Source of the DNA: Gemmatimonadaceae bacterium
Lineage (GTDB): Bacteria; Gemmatimonadota; Gemmatimonadetes; Gemmatimonadales; Gemmatimonadaceae
Assembly (NCBI GenBank): GCA_039924445.1
Contig: JBDTAW010000032.1
Location: 1-54,404 of the forward strand
Direction: 5' to 3'
DNA length: 54,404 nt
A model generated the notes under the pieces. It saw only the letters and a program-made list of their open reading frames with translations, ran no database searches and was not told where the DNA came from. This document shows, in pieces, positions 6,691 through 16,519 of the stretch (its first letter is position 1; every line of letters begins with the position of its first letter). The position numbers were made by a program, and so were the translations under genes.

Positions 6691-7173
6691 ATGTCACGAA
6701 ACGTCTCCGCGATTGGTGCCGCATTCATAGCCCTCACAGCTTGCACTCCAAAGGTGAACCTGATGAGCAACGATGACTTGACAATTTTTGCAAATCGATA
6801 TGCGGCAGCCTGGAGCGGCAAGGATCCTGTCAAGTTTGCTTCCTTCTACGATGAGAATGGCTCGCTAATAGTGAACGGTGCGGCGTCGGTCGGGCGTGCG
6901 GCAATCACGGCGACGGCTCGCGCATACATGGCGGCGTTTCCTGATATGGTCGTCAGGCTCGATTCGCTGCACCAGGAAAAGGATCAGACCATTTTTCACT
7001 GGACGTGGACAGGAACAAATACCGGACCGGGTGGGACAGGCAAGGCGGTCAACTTGCGCGGCTACGAGCGGTGGACGATCGGACCCAATGGCCTCATCGC
7101 TAAGTCGGACGGGCATTTCGACAATGATGAGTACCAGCGTCAGCTGAAGGGAACCTTCCAGCCGAATCCGTGA
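6691..7173 (+). CDS. SnoaL-like (NTF2 fold) lipoprotein
   Basis: MSRNVSAIGAAFIALTAC lipobox. ANRYAAAWSGKDPVKFASFYDENG and AYMAAFPDM are typical of SnoaL-like cyclase/ester-cyclase proteins. Confidence 0.7.
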   Translation: MSRNVSAIGAAFIALTACTPKVNLMSNDDLTIFANRYAAAWSGKDPVKFASFYDENGSLIVNGAASVGRAAITATARAYMAAFPDMVVRLDSLHQEKDQTIFHWTWTGTNTGPGGTGKAVNLRGYERWTIGPNGLIAKSDGHFDNDEYQRQLKGTFQPNP

Positions 7174-7435
7174 CTCGGAGTCTCTCGCAACGCAGAAACT
7201 ACCTCACCCTGTGGCCTGTGCCGGGTTTCGTGAACATCCGCCTACGCTGCGTATCCTCGCCGCTCAAAGTCCATTGGGCTCAAATAGCCGTAGGTTGAGC
7301 GCATCCACAAGGGACCATGTTTACGACGATTGGCTCGACTGCGGATGTCGTATTAAACAGCAGACCTCAGCGTGCAACAAAACAGCAAACTCGCGACACG
7401 CGCAAGATCGCAGTGCACACCCGATTACTACCGGA

Positions 7436-7888
7436 TCAACTTTTCCTCTTCCGAGGTGCCGCCTTCTTTGTCACCGCCTTTTTCTTCACGACCTTCTTCT
7501 TCCCCGCCCCATTCAACTCCACCGCCTCCCGCACCAACTCCATAAACTCCCCCGCATCAACCTCCTCCCCCTCCCCGATATCAATCGCCCGCCTCACCCT
7601 CCCATCCAGACTCGAATTAAACAACTTCCCGGGATCGCTTAGCGCCGCTCCCTTCGCAAACGTCAACTTCACCTTATCCCTGTACGTCTCCCCCGTACAG
7701 ATAATCCCGTCGTGCGACCACACCGGCGTGCCCATCCACTTCCATTCCTCCACAACATCCGGGTCCGCTTGCTTGATCAGCTTGCGCATCCTCGCGAGCG
7801 TCTTACCTCGCCAATCACCGAGCTCCGCGATCCGTTCCGAAATCAACACCGACGCCGACTGACCTGAATCCCCGAGTGATTTCTTCAT
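7436..7888 (-). CDS. DUF1801 (YdhG-like) domain protein with lysine-rich C-terminal tail
   Basis: DWRGKTLARMRKLIKQADPDVVEEWKWMGTPVWSHDGIICTGETYRDKVKLTF is the DUF1801 pattern. The tail is GAGKKKVVKKKAVTKKAAPRKRKS. Confidence 0.75.
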   Translation of the reverse strand: MKKSLGDSGQSASVLISERIAELGDWRGKTLARMRKLIKQADPDVVEEWKWMGTPVWSHDGIICTGETYRDKVKLTFAKGAALSDPGKLFNSSLDGRVRRAIDIGEGEEVDAGEFMELVREAVELNGAGKKKVVKKKAVTKKAAPRKRKS

Positions 7889-7962
7889 CTCATTATCCCC
7901 ACTTGTCGAGTGTCAGCTCGTATATACCTGTCAAGCCATATAACCATCCTCCCCCAAAGACT

Positions 7963-8000
7963 AAACAAAGAGCGCGGCCGTCAACCCGACGACCGCGCCC
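7963..8000 (-). terminator. Rho-independent terminator downstream of the BNR/sortilin gene
   Basis: On the minus strand: GGGCGCGGTCGTC-loop-GACGGCCGCGCTC followed by TTTGTTT. Confidence 0.6.
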
Positions 8001-8059
8001 TCTAGTAGATGATGTCAACGGCGGCGCGACCTACGCCGACGGCCACCTCATCACCCGGT

Positions 8060-11000
8060 TCACGGCGCAACCACCGCCAACCCAAGCGTCTTCGCTCTCG
8101 CATTGAACGCCACGAGATCCGTCGCCCAAACCTTCGCAAGCGCATCCGTCTGCACCTTCAGTTTGCCTGACAGATACTCGAAGATCACCGGTGCGGCACC
8201 AATCGGCGCGCCGTCGCCGTCATCTACCGTGCTCAGCAACGTCGCGATCCGGTTGTTGATCTTGATTGGGAAGTTGAGCGGATCCTGACCGCTCTGATTC
8301 TGCACCTGGTAGATGTTCTCCTCAATGACCGCAGCGTCGGCGTTGAGCTTGTCGCCGAGTTGCTTGAGTGTCGCGTCGTTATTCTTCTTGAGCAACGTGT
8401 CCACCTTCGATCTCACGCTGCGAACGTCAATCACAGCCTGGTTCGCGGCCGACAATTTGTCGCGGATTTTCAGTGCAAGCGCAAACTGCGCCTGCATGTC
8501 GGCGTTTGTTACGTCGGTGAACAACGGATTGGCCTTCACTTCGATCGGTTGCGTGAACGTATGTCCATCCACAACGAGTCGGACCCTGTAATTACCCGGA
8601 GGCGCCGCAGGTCCCTGCGTGCCGCCGCCCCACAGGATCATTCCGGGGAAATCAGTTGCGGATTGATAACGAAGATCCCACGTGAAGTGATTCAGTCCCG
8701 CTGCTTTGGATGGCGCGCTCGGTCCGCGACGGAAGCGGAAGCCTTCGTCGGGTGCGCTGTCAGCCTTCGCTTTCGTGGACGTATCGGGCTTGTACGAACG
8801 AATCACCTTCCCCGACGCATCAAGTATGTCCAGACCAACGCTTTTGGCGGGTTGCTTGAGCCAGTACATGATCTCCGCACCGCCAGTTGAACGGATCGCC
8901 GCAGGTGGTGCGAACAGATGAGCGTCCGCCGCGGCCACTACGGGCGTGTACTGCTCGAGTGGGACGATGTTCTTCAACAGATAGAAACCGCGACCATGCG
9001 TGCTGATTGCAATATCGTGCCGATAGACGATCAGGTCAGTGACCGGCAAGTCCGGAAGGTTGAGCGACAGCGACGACCAGTGGTCACCGTCGTCGTACGA
9101 CATGTAAACGCCGTGTTGCGTTGCAGCAAAGAGAAGTCCCTTGCGGCTCGGATCCTCGCGGACGGAGTGTACGAAGTCATCCGCGCGGATTCCGTTCACG
9201 ATCTTCGTCCATGTGCGGCCGTAGTCGTATGTGCGGTAGATGTATGGTGCGCGATCGTCGAGCAGCGGACGCTTCACAGCTACGTATGCAGCACCCTCAT
9301 TGAACGCCGACGCGTCGATCATGCTCACACGACCGAACTCCGGCATTCCCTTCGGCGTCACGTTCGTCCAGTGTGCACCAGCGTCGCGCGTGACATACAC
9401 CAGTCCGTCATCGGACCCGGTCCAGATTACGTTCGTGCCGAGCTTTGACGGCCCGATCGAGAAGATCGTCCCGTACACCTCGGGCGCGTTCATGTCGTGC
9501 GTGATCGGTCCGCCCGATGGGCCCATGGTGGAAGGATCGTGGCGCGTGAGATCGGGACTGATTCGCGTCCACGACTGACCTGCGTTGGTTGTCTTCCACA
9601 GATGTTGCGAACTTGCGTACAGCAACTTCGGATTCACCGGTGAGAAGATGATCGGGTACGTCCACTGCCAGCGCTCCACCAGCTCGCTCGACGCTTCGCC
9701 GGAGAACATGAGCGGATACGGACTGACTTCGCGTTCCTGACCCGTCGTGCGATTCAGCCGAGTGAGGAAACCGCCGTTGTTGCTTCCGGCGAAGAAGATG
9801 TTGGGATTGAGCGGATCAGGCGCGATGTAACCAGGCTCGGCGCCTCCAGCATTGTACGTCGCGTTCGACGCACCACCGCGCCCGAAGCCACCACCACCAC
9901 CCGCGTTCGCGGTGCTGGAAACGCAGATCGTGGAAGCATCCTGCTGAGCACCGCAGAGATCGTACGGGTAACCGGCTGTGGCTGCGACGTGATAAAGCTG
10001 CGCAGTGGAGAAGTCCTGATCCGTCCACTTCTTTCCGCCGTCGGTAGTTACGGCGCCACCGCCGTCGTTACCCACGACCATGTGCTGTCCGTTATCCGGA
10101 TCGATCCACAGATCGTGGAAGTCGCCATGCGTACCGCGAAGTGTTGTGAGCTTCTTCCCACCGTCAGTTGATTTGAAGAGACTCGTGTTCTGCATGTAGA
10201 TCAGGCTGTCGTTCGCCGGATCTGCATAGACGTGCGTATAGTAGAACGCGCGCTGCTTGATGTCGTGGCTTTCATTCACGAGTTTCCACGTTGCGCCAGC
10301 GTCATCCGAGCTGTACAGACCACCTTTCGCGTTCTCTATCAGCGCGTACACACGATTGTCATTCGCCGGTGAGACGGCAATACCGATCTTGCCGTCGATT
10401 CCGTCTGGAAGTCCCTTGTTCCGCGTGATCTCGGTCCACGTGGTTCCGCCGTCGGTAGACTTGAACAGCCCGCTTCCGGCGCCGCCAGACGAAGCTGTGT
10501 ATTCCTTTCTGAACGCCTGCCACATGGCAGCGTAGATCACCTGTGGATTCTTGTGGTCGATCACCACATTGATCGCGCCAGTGCTGTCGTTCCGGAACAG
10601 GACCTGCTTCCACGTCGCGCCGCCGTCGGTGCTCTTGTACACACCTCGCTCACTGCTCGGCACCGCATATTTGCCAAACACGGCAGCGAATACGATTTTG
10701 GGATTCACAGGATCGATGCGCACCTTGCAGATGGCATCGGTATTCTCGAATCCCGCACGCGTCCACTTCTTGCCAGCGTCGGTGGATCGGTACATACCGT
10801 CGCCCGGCATGATGTCGCCGCGGATCTCGCATTCCCCGGTCCCGATGATGACCAGGTTCGGATCCGTCTCCGACACCGCAACGGCGCCGATCGACGAGCT
10901 CTTTATCTGCCCGTCAGTTACCGGTGCCCAGTCGTCGCCGCCGTTGGTGGTTTTCCAGAGCCCGCCGCCGGTGGCGCCGAAGTATGCCACTTTCGGCTGC

Positions 11001-11212
11001 CCCCGAACGCCCGAAACGGCGATCGATCGGCCGCCGCGCTCGGGCCCGAGGTTCCGCCACTTGAAGCTGTGCAGCAGCACACTGTCGACCGGCGACGCGA
11101 TCGGCGTCTGGGAGGATTGCCCGGCCGCCGAGTACGGAGTCACGGCGGCCACGGACAGAATAAGGGCGCCCGGCACGAGAGCCGCGGCGATAAAACGGGG
11201 AAAGCGAGACAT
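8060..11212 (-). CDS. Secreted sortilin/VPS10-type BNR-repeat protein
   Basis: 1050 aa with a signal peptide and repeated Asp-box motifs (STDGGATW, STDGGTTW, SDDAGATW, STDGGKK, TRDAGAHW). Confidence 0.8.
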   Translation of the reverse strand: MSRFPRFIAAALVPGALILSVAAVTPYSAAGQSSQTPIASPVDSVLLHSFKWRNLGPERGGRSIAVSGVRGQPKVAYFGATGGGLWKTTNGGDDWAPVTDGQIKSSSIGAVAVSETDPNLVIIGTGECEIRGDIMPGDGMYRSTDAGKKWTRAGFENTDAICKVRIDPVNPKIVFAAVFGKYAVPSSERGVYKSTDGGATWKQVLFRNDSTGAINVVIDHKNPQVIYAAMWQAFRKEYTASSGGAGSGLFKSTDGGTTWTEITRNKGLPDGIDGKIGIAVSPANDNRVYALIENAKGGLYSSDDAGATWKLVNESHDIKQRAFYYTHVYADPANDSLIYMQNTSLFKSTDGGKKLTTLRGTHGDFHDLWIDPDNGQHMVVGNDGGGAVTTDGGKKWTDQDFSTAQLYHVAATAGYPYDLCGAQQDASTICVSSTANAGGGGGFGRGGASNATYNAGGAEPGYIAPDPLNPNIFFAGSNNGGFLTRLNRTTGQEREVSPYPLMFSGEASSELVERWQWTYPIIFSPVNPKLLYASSQHLWKTTNAGQSWTRISPDLTRHDPSTMGPSGGPITHDMNAPEVYGTIFSIGPSKLGTNVIWTGSDDGLVYVTRDAGAHWTNVTPKGMPEFGRVSMIDASAFNEGAAYVAVKRPLLDDRAPYIYRTYDYGRTWTKIVNGIRADDFVHSVREDPSRKGLLFAATQHGVYMSYDDGDHWSSLSLNLPDLPVTDLIVYRHDIAISTHGRGFYLLKNIVPLEQYTPVVAAADAHLFAPPAAIRSTGGAEIMYWLKQPAKSVGLDILDASGKVIRSYKPDTSTKAKADSAPDEGFRFRRGPSAPSKAAGLNHFTWDLRYQSATDFPGMILWGGGTQGPAAPPGNYRVRLVVDGHTFTQPIEVKANPLFTDVTNADMQAQFALALKIRDKLSAANQAVIDVRSVRSKVDTLLKKNNDATLKQLGDKLNADAAVIEENIYQVQNQSGQDPLNFPIKINNRIATLLSTVDDGDGAPIGAAPVIFEYLSGKLKVQTDALAKVWATDLVAFNARAKTLGLAVVAP

Positions 11213-11315
11213 TAAGTGCGGTCCTTTTACGGTGGAAAATGCGGTCGTTGAGTTATGGCGTCCGCAGGGGGAGTTGTCCAGTCCCGCAGCAAATCAATAT
11301 CGAGCCGCCGCCGGC

Positions 11316-12233
11316 TCAGTACTGAGCATCGAGCAGCGTCCGCAGGTCGTGGTTTCCCGGGGATGGATTGGCTGCGTGCCCTGAGCTCTGCAGAATAAAA
11401 GTACGAACCTCGCCTGCAGCGAACGTCAGGCCGGCCTGAGCAACGATGGTGGGTGTATCGCCAGCGGCAAGCGTCAGATAGTATCGCCCCGCATCGATGT
11501 TCACGACCGCGCTCCCGCCGCGATAAGGAGCGACAGCCACTGGCGTCAATCCGGCGAGCATCGGTGGTGGCAGTGCGCCAGAAGTGATATAGATCGACAA
11601 CGGTGCGCCGGCGCCGCTCTCGACATCGAATGGCGCCGCATTGATGACGCGGATGCGTGCCTGATATTTCCCGTTCACCACCGGCGGCGCCGATCGATCG
11701 TCGGTAACAATCGCAAACGGCACTGCAGTTTGCGGTGTCACCGCCTGCGTTGCTCCAGGAGCTGCAGTGACTGGTATGATGCCAGCAACAACGATCGTGT
11801 AGTGCGTGCCGGAGACGAGGTTCTGCGTCGGCAGATACTGCGCACCGCTGGCACCCGTGTAAAGCGATGACAGCGGACCGCTGCTCCCCGCAAGTCGTGC
11901 GACGAACGAGTGCATTCCCGCGCTTACCTCCTCATACAGCGCCGCATCTGCCACGCTCGGCTCCGCCAGGAACTCCGGAGCAATTGCGCGCACACTTGGC
12001 GCCGTAGCGCTGGAGTCGATCAGGAAGTCGATCGAGCGGGGCGCAGTGTACCATTGGGATTTGGTCGTATCCGTGTACTGGAAAACTGAGTTGACTATGC
12101 GAACCAGGGCCGGTTTCGGCGCGGGGCCCGTAGGCGTGCCCGAATTGGAGTCCGAAACAGTGCCCGAGCCGCACGCAGAGAGAACTGCGAGGGTGGAAAT
12201 AAGAACACAGCGTGTCAAAGCAATCGATTTCAT
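11316..12233 (-). CDS. DUF4397-like lipoprotein
   Basis: MKSIALTRCVLISTLAVLSACGSG lipobox. Repeated VRIVNS / IRVINAAP strand patterns as in DUF4397. Confidence 0.5.
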   Translation of the reverse strand: MKSIALTRCVLISTLAVLSACGSGTVSDSNSGTPTGPAPKPALVRIVNSVFQYTDTTKSQWYTAPRSIDFLIDSSATAPSVRAIAPEFLAEPSVADAALYEEVSAGMHSFVARLAGSSGPLSSLYTGASGAQYLPTQNLVSGTHYTIVVAGIIPVTAAPGATQAVTPQTAVPFAIVTDDRSAPPVVNGKYQARIRVINAAPFDVESGAGAPLSIYITSGALPPPMLAGLTPVAVAPYRGGSAVVNIDAGRYYLTLAAGDTPTIVAQAGLTFAAGEVRTFILQSSGHAANPSPGNHDLRTLLDAQY

Positions 12234-12329
12234 ACTGTAAAATCCATGATACGTGAAAATTAGCCAGGACTCGTGGCTCATGCGAAGAGCCTACGTGCGC
12301 GCGGCACTACGCGGCACTACAGGATGCCG

Positions 12330-13275
12330 CCGCTGCACCACTTAGCCTGGCTTTCCCCAATGTCATTGAATCACGCAGCTCTCGCGTTTGCAGCGCGCTG
12401 ATCGTCACGCAATATCCGCCGTCTCCTGCAATCCCAGCAGCGACTGGTGCCACTGGAAGCTGGCGCGCACGTCTCGGACGCCAATGATTGTCCACGTGCG
12501 TTTCACTCGATTCTCGTCGCGTTGGACGCGCCGCCGAGCAACGCACAACCCCGCGTCAGTTATTCCCTGGACGCCAGCTTCCAAGCAATAGCACTGCGCC
12601 AGCTACCAGCAACAACGAGAGCGCGATCTGCGCCACGCAGGAGCGAGCCCGAACAGTATTCCTGTCGCGACTGCGACCGCCGCGGTGAATGCAAGAACCG
12701 GCAGGTCAAGCGACAGATCGAGGCCGACCGCGCCGCCCGTCCGGGTGGACATAATGTGCACCAGCACTCGACTGCCCCATATGGCAAACGGCACGCCTAC
12801 CGCTGCACCCAGAAGTGCAAGCAACAAGCTTTCTGTGAGCAATTGTCGAATCAGTTGCGAGGGACGCTATAAGCAGAACGATCCCGACAACCGTCATCAA
12901 CACGACCAGCGCTTTGTTATAGCTGGCCGGCAACGCCGAGAACCCCTTTGCGGCGGACGCGACACTGAGTTGCGCTTTCTGGTAACGCGCGGCGACGTCG
13001 GGAGGCCAGTTCGGCGGAAGGGTCGCTGCCACCAGACCCGGCGTCAGCATCTCAAGCCGAGCGCTCGCCTGGCTCGCGTCTACACCAGGCTTCAGTCGGC
13101 CAACGACTCGCACATACCAGGTGCTGCGGGCATGTATCCACTTGTCATTGCCATCGACGATTGTCTTGGCGCATAGCGGTGCGGAGATCTTGACAGGCTT
13201 TCCAACATCCATGCCGCTGAACGCCGGCGCAATCACACCGACAATCTGGAACGGATGACCGTAGCGACGTGCTCT
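12330..13275 (-). pseudogene. Decayed ADOP/MacB-FtsX family permease
   Basis: Fragments lie in three frames: HPFQIVGVIAPAFSG...VRVVGRLKPGV...VVLMTVVGIVLLIA; then SQLIRQLLTESLLLALLGAAVGV...GILFGLAPAWR; then VAQIALSLLLVAGAVLLLGS; then TWTIIGVRDVR. There is no N-terminus, and internal deletions lie between conserved blocks. Confidence 0.6.
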
Positions 13276-13411
13276 ATGGCGCTGCGTATCTCGTCACGGC
13301 GATGTCTCTCCATTGACAGGACGCCTTTTGACGCGACTACTGGCCCACACTCGAATCCAAACCTCGAGCATGGGCCAGCACGTTACAGCAGAAGTGGTAT
13401 CGCAGTGAATC

Positions 13412-16360
13412 CTACCGGCCGCCAGTCTCCGGTTCCGCAGCACCCTTCCCCGCTCCCAGATCATTCCAGTTCATAATCGTATTGAACCCAAGCATGTACG
13501 TGCCCTGGGTCTGCCATCTCCAGAACGGACGGATCGCGAACATCACGATGTGTCCCTTGCCGATCGACTCATCCACAACCTGCGCACGGCCCGACAGCGC
13601 CTCGCCGCCGGATAGCGTGCCCGACAAAAGCATATCCGCCGGACGAGTCGGGAACTTCATGATCACACGCGGGCCGTCTGCATCTGCAGCCGCCGCGCCT
13701 GCGCCACGACCGCCCTGTCCGCCGAATCCGCCGCCCTGGCCACCCGCAGCAGCGGCGCCCGCTCCCGCACCGCGCCGCCCCTGGCCTGCGGTCGATGCAG
13801 GTGCGTCAGGATTCCAGGGGGACAACTGTTGCACCGTCGCCATTGGCGTGATGTCCTGACTGTTCACACCACCGCGACCACCGAATCCGCCAAAGCCACC
13901 GCCGCCACCAGCACGAATCACCGGTCCCTGATTGAAGTACACCGGTAGCTGGTCATGACCGTAGCCGTACACGATCGGGCTGTTCATGTCGCTGATCTCG
14001 CCGCGCATGATGCTGCCACGCGCGAACAAGCTGTCCGGCGTCTCGATCGTCACGCCGGGCGTGAGGTTGTACCCGGGCATGAGTGTCGCTGTGGACCCTT
14101 CCACAATCAGCGTTCCACCCTGCTGCACAAAGTCATACAGATTCTTCACGCCCTCGAATCCCATCCCGCCGCGAATATCATCGGATGCGTCCGGCGTACC
14201 GAAGCTCTGGAACTCCGCGGTCTTCTTGTATGGAAGCGGAGTCGTACCCGACTTTGCGATTCCGTTCACCATGCTCTGCACACTCCCGCCAACGTGCGGG
14301 AAGATTATCACATCGTACTTCTGACGCAGGTTGCCCTGACGAAGATTGATGTCGCCAAAGTAGGTGTACGGTATGCCGTACGTATCCAACGCTGCACGCA
14401 CCCATCCTTCGTCCTGCGTGCGCGACCAGCTATGCACGTAACCGATGCGCGGAATATCCAGATCATGCGTCTTGACGCTCGGCGCAGAAGCCATCGCAAA
14501 TGCGGATAGTCCGTAGCTCTTCAATGCAGGCTCGAGTGCGGCACGATCCGCATTTGCAATGATCATCGCACCGGCACGGAAGTGGTGACCAGCCGCGTCA
14601 AAATCCGACTCGGCGGCCGACATCTTCGTCTTCGCAAACTTGAAGCGGAACGCGGCAATATTATTGTCGGCAGTGTTGTCGACAACGACGACGTTGCCCG
14701 TACCGGAAATTCCGCCCGCCGCGACTGCATCAGACGTCAGCAGCGTCATCGGCTGAGTCAGCAGACTGTGATCACCAACTTCCGTGATCGTAATGTCGCG
14801 CATGAGCGGGAAGGTCCAGCCTGTATCATCATACGGTGAAGGATTGCCCGGCGAGAAGCGCTGCAGAGCGAAGTACATGTCAGCCAGCGTACGATATGGC
14901 TGATCACCACGAATGATGTAATCGCCCGGCTTCACCGATACCTTGCCAGCGGTGAACGATGTCGTAGCCGTATCGACTTCGAGTCCCTGCTTGCGCAGCT
15001 CGTTGACGGCATCGGCCGCGTCGGCCTTGCGTCGCTGCTCGGCGGGGATCACCCATCCGACAATCGGACCGGTCTTGCCCTTGTCGACAGCGCGCTGCGA
15101 CTTGCGCCAGTAGTTGTCCAGATACATGTCCTTGTTCTTCGCAATATTCGACAGCGAGAACAGAATCGCGGATTCCTGAATGTTCGTGTTGTTGCGCGGT
15201 CCCCAATTGATGCTGTCGAGCGGAGGATTCGGCCGGAACCACTCGCGACTCGTCGTGGTCGAACGCGGCTTCACCACGTAATTGTCGGGCCCGTAGCTCT
15301 GCACTTCGTAGAATCGACCGATCTCGTTGTGCGTATGCGCGATGAAGAAGAGATAATTGGGAGTCCAGCCGTCATAGAAGCCATACGTCCATACGCCGGG
15401 CACGCCGCGCTTCGTCATCTCCATGACGTCGTTCTCGGCCATCAACCACCACTCGTCGACCGTGATCGGATCCACGGCTTCGTTGTACGGGCCAGTGCCG
15501 GTCGATGCGTACAGATAGGTCTGCGCCTCGTGCAGATCGTGCAACACGGTCGGATGCCAGTCGAGGACTGCTTGCGTCGTGTGCTGCGTGAGCTTGAGGA
15601 ACTGCCCCATCCCGTCGCGATTGTTGTCATGCTGCACGTACTTGCCCCAGTACATCAGCGGCAACCGCTCGGCGCCTTTGGGCAACTTCTTGTTGTAGTA
15701 ATAGGTGTCAACCGCCTTGTCGCGACCATCCGGCTCGATAACCGGTGTGATCAACGTTATGACGTTGTTCCGGATGTTCGTCACGAATGCGGATGAATCC
15801 ACTGCGAGCCGGTACGCCAGTTCCATCAGCATCTCGGGACCGCCGAACTCGGGCGAGTGAATCCCGCTCGTTATGTAGTAGATCGGTTTCGCCGTGTGAA
15901 TCAGCTTCTGAGCTTCTGCCTGAGTCGTCTTGCGCGGGTCGCTCAACTTCGCGAGCATGTCGCGATAGGTATCGAGATTCTTGATCGTCGCTTCGTCGCC
16001 GATTGCAGCGATGATCATTTCGCGACCCTCTTCCGTCTTGCCGATACGCCAGACCTTTACACGCGGCGATGCCTTGGCGAGCGCATCGAAGTATTTGTAG
16101 ATGTCAGCCGTTCGATCCAGCTCGCCCGGCGCGCCGATGATGTGGCCCAGCACTTTGAGCGGCGTTGGCACAGTCGACGATGCCGGTAGATAATCCACCA
16201 GTTCCGTCGTGATGCGAGGATCCTCGAGATCCTTTTTGATCTGTGCCGTGTAGGCCGAGTCGATCGCCTGCTGCGCGCGTGCGATCGAAGGTAGGGAGAG
16301 CGCGGCGGCAGCGGCCAGCGTGCAGATCGTCCGGAATTTCTGGATCGACGGTAGAGGCAT
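13412..16360 (-). CDS. Secreted M14-family metallocarboxypeptidase-like protein
   Basis: Start at MPLPSIQKF with a signal peptide. YYITSGIHSPEFGGPEMLMELAYRL and HDNNRDG fit the M14 zinc-binding region. Glycine-rich insert near the C-terminus. Confidence 0.75.
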   Translation of the reverse strand: MPLPSIQKFRTICTLAAAAALSLPSIARAQQAIDSAYTAQIKKDLEDPRITTELVDYLPASSTVPTPLKVLGHIIGAPGELDRTADIYKYFDALAKASPRVKVWRIGKTEEGREMIIAAIGDEATIKNLDTYRDMLAKLSDPRKTTQAEAQKLIHTAKPIYYITSGIHSPEFGGPEMLMELAYRLAVDSSAFVTNIRNNVITLITPVIEPDGRDKAVDTYYYNKKLPKGAERLPLMYWGKYVQHDNNRDGMGQFLKLTQHTTQAVLDWHPTVLHDLHEAQTYLYASTGTGPYNEAVDPITVDEWWLMAENDVMEMTKRGVPGVWTYGFYDGWTPNYLFFIAHTHNEIGRFYEVQSYGPDNYVVKPRSTTTSREWFRPNPPLDSINWGPRNNTNIQESAILFSLSNIAKNKDMYLDNYWRKSQRAVDKGKTGPIVGWVIPAEQRRKADAADAVNELRKQGLEVDTATTSFTAGKVSVKPGDYIIRGDQPYRTLADMYFALQRFSPGNPSPYDDTGWTFPLMRDITITEVGDHSLLTQPMTLLTSDAVAAGGISGTGNVVVVDNTADNNIAAFRFKFAKTKMSAAESDFDAAGHHFRAGAMIIANADRAALEPALKSYGLSAFAMASAPSVKTHDLDIPRIGYVHSWSRTQDEGWVRAALDTYGIPYTYFGDINLRQGNLRQKYDVIIFPHVGGSVQSMVNGIAKSGTTPLPYKKTAEFQSFGTPDASDDIRGGMGFEGVKNLYDFVQQGGTLIVEGSTATLMPGYNLTPGVTIETPDSLFARGSIMRGEISDMNSPIVYGYGHDQLPVYFNQGPVIRAGGGGGFGGFGGRGGVNSQDITPMATVQQLSPWNPDAPASTAGQGRRGAGAGAAAAGGQGGGFGGQGGRGAGAAAADADGPRVIMKFPTRPADMLLSGTLSGGEALSGRAQVVDESIGKGHIVMFAIRPFWRWQTQGTYMLGFNTIMNWNDLGAGKGAAEPETGGR

Positions 16361-16519
16361 CCTGTCTTCCTCGGAGGGTTGAATCGAGTGGCGCCGGGGC
16401 GGCACCGGCTTTGTTGGGGTCTCTGCGCAATAATACGCGTATCCGCATACGGCCGTTAGAACTTGACGACCCCCGGATTGCAACCGCCAATACTTGCGCT
16501 CGTCGGGAGCGGAGTCTGG

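Noticed and set aside
7398-7425. Possible solo arm of the palindromic repeat (CACGCGCAAGATCGCAGTGCACACCC) downstream of the DUF1801 gene
   Set aside because: Only about 11-12 nt match the repeat arm, and no partner arm is present. This is too short to distinguish from chance.
10551-11384. Long plus-strand ORFs (277 aa and 220 aa) antisense to the BNR/sortilin gene
   Set aside because: They lie entirely opposite a gene with clear Asp-box repeats, and their translations are Arg/Pro/Ala-rich. These are shadow ORFs typical of high-GC DNA.
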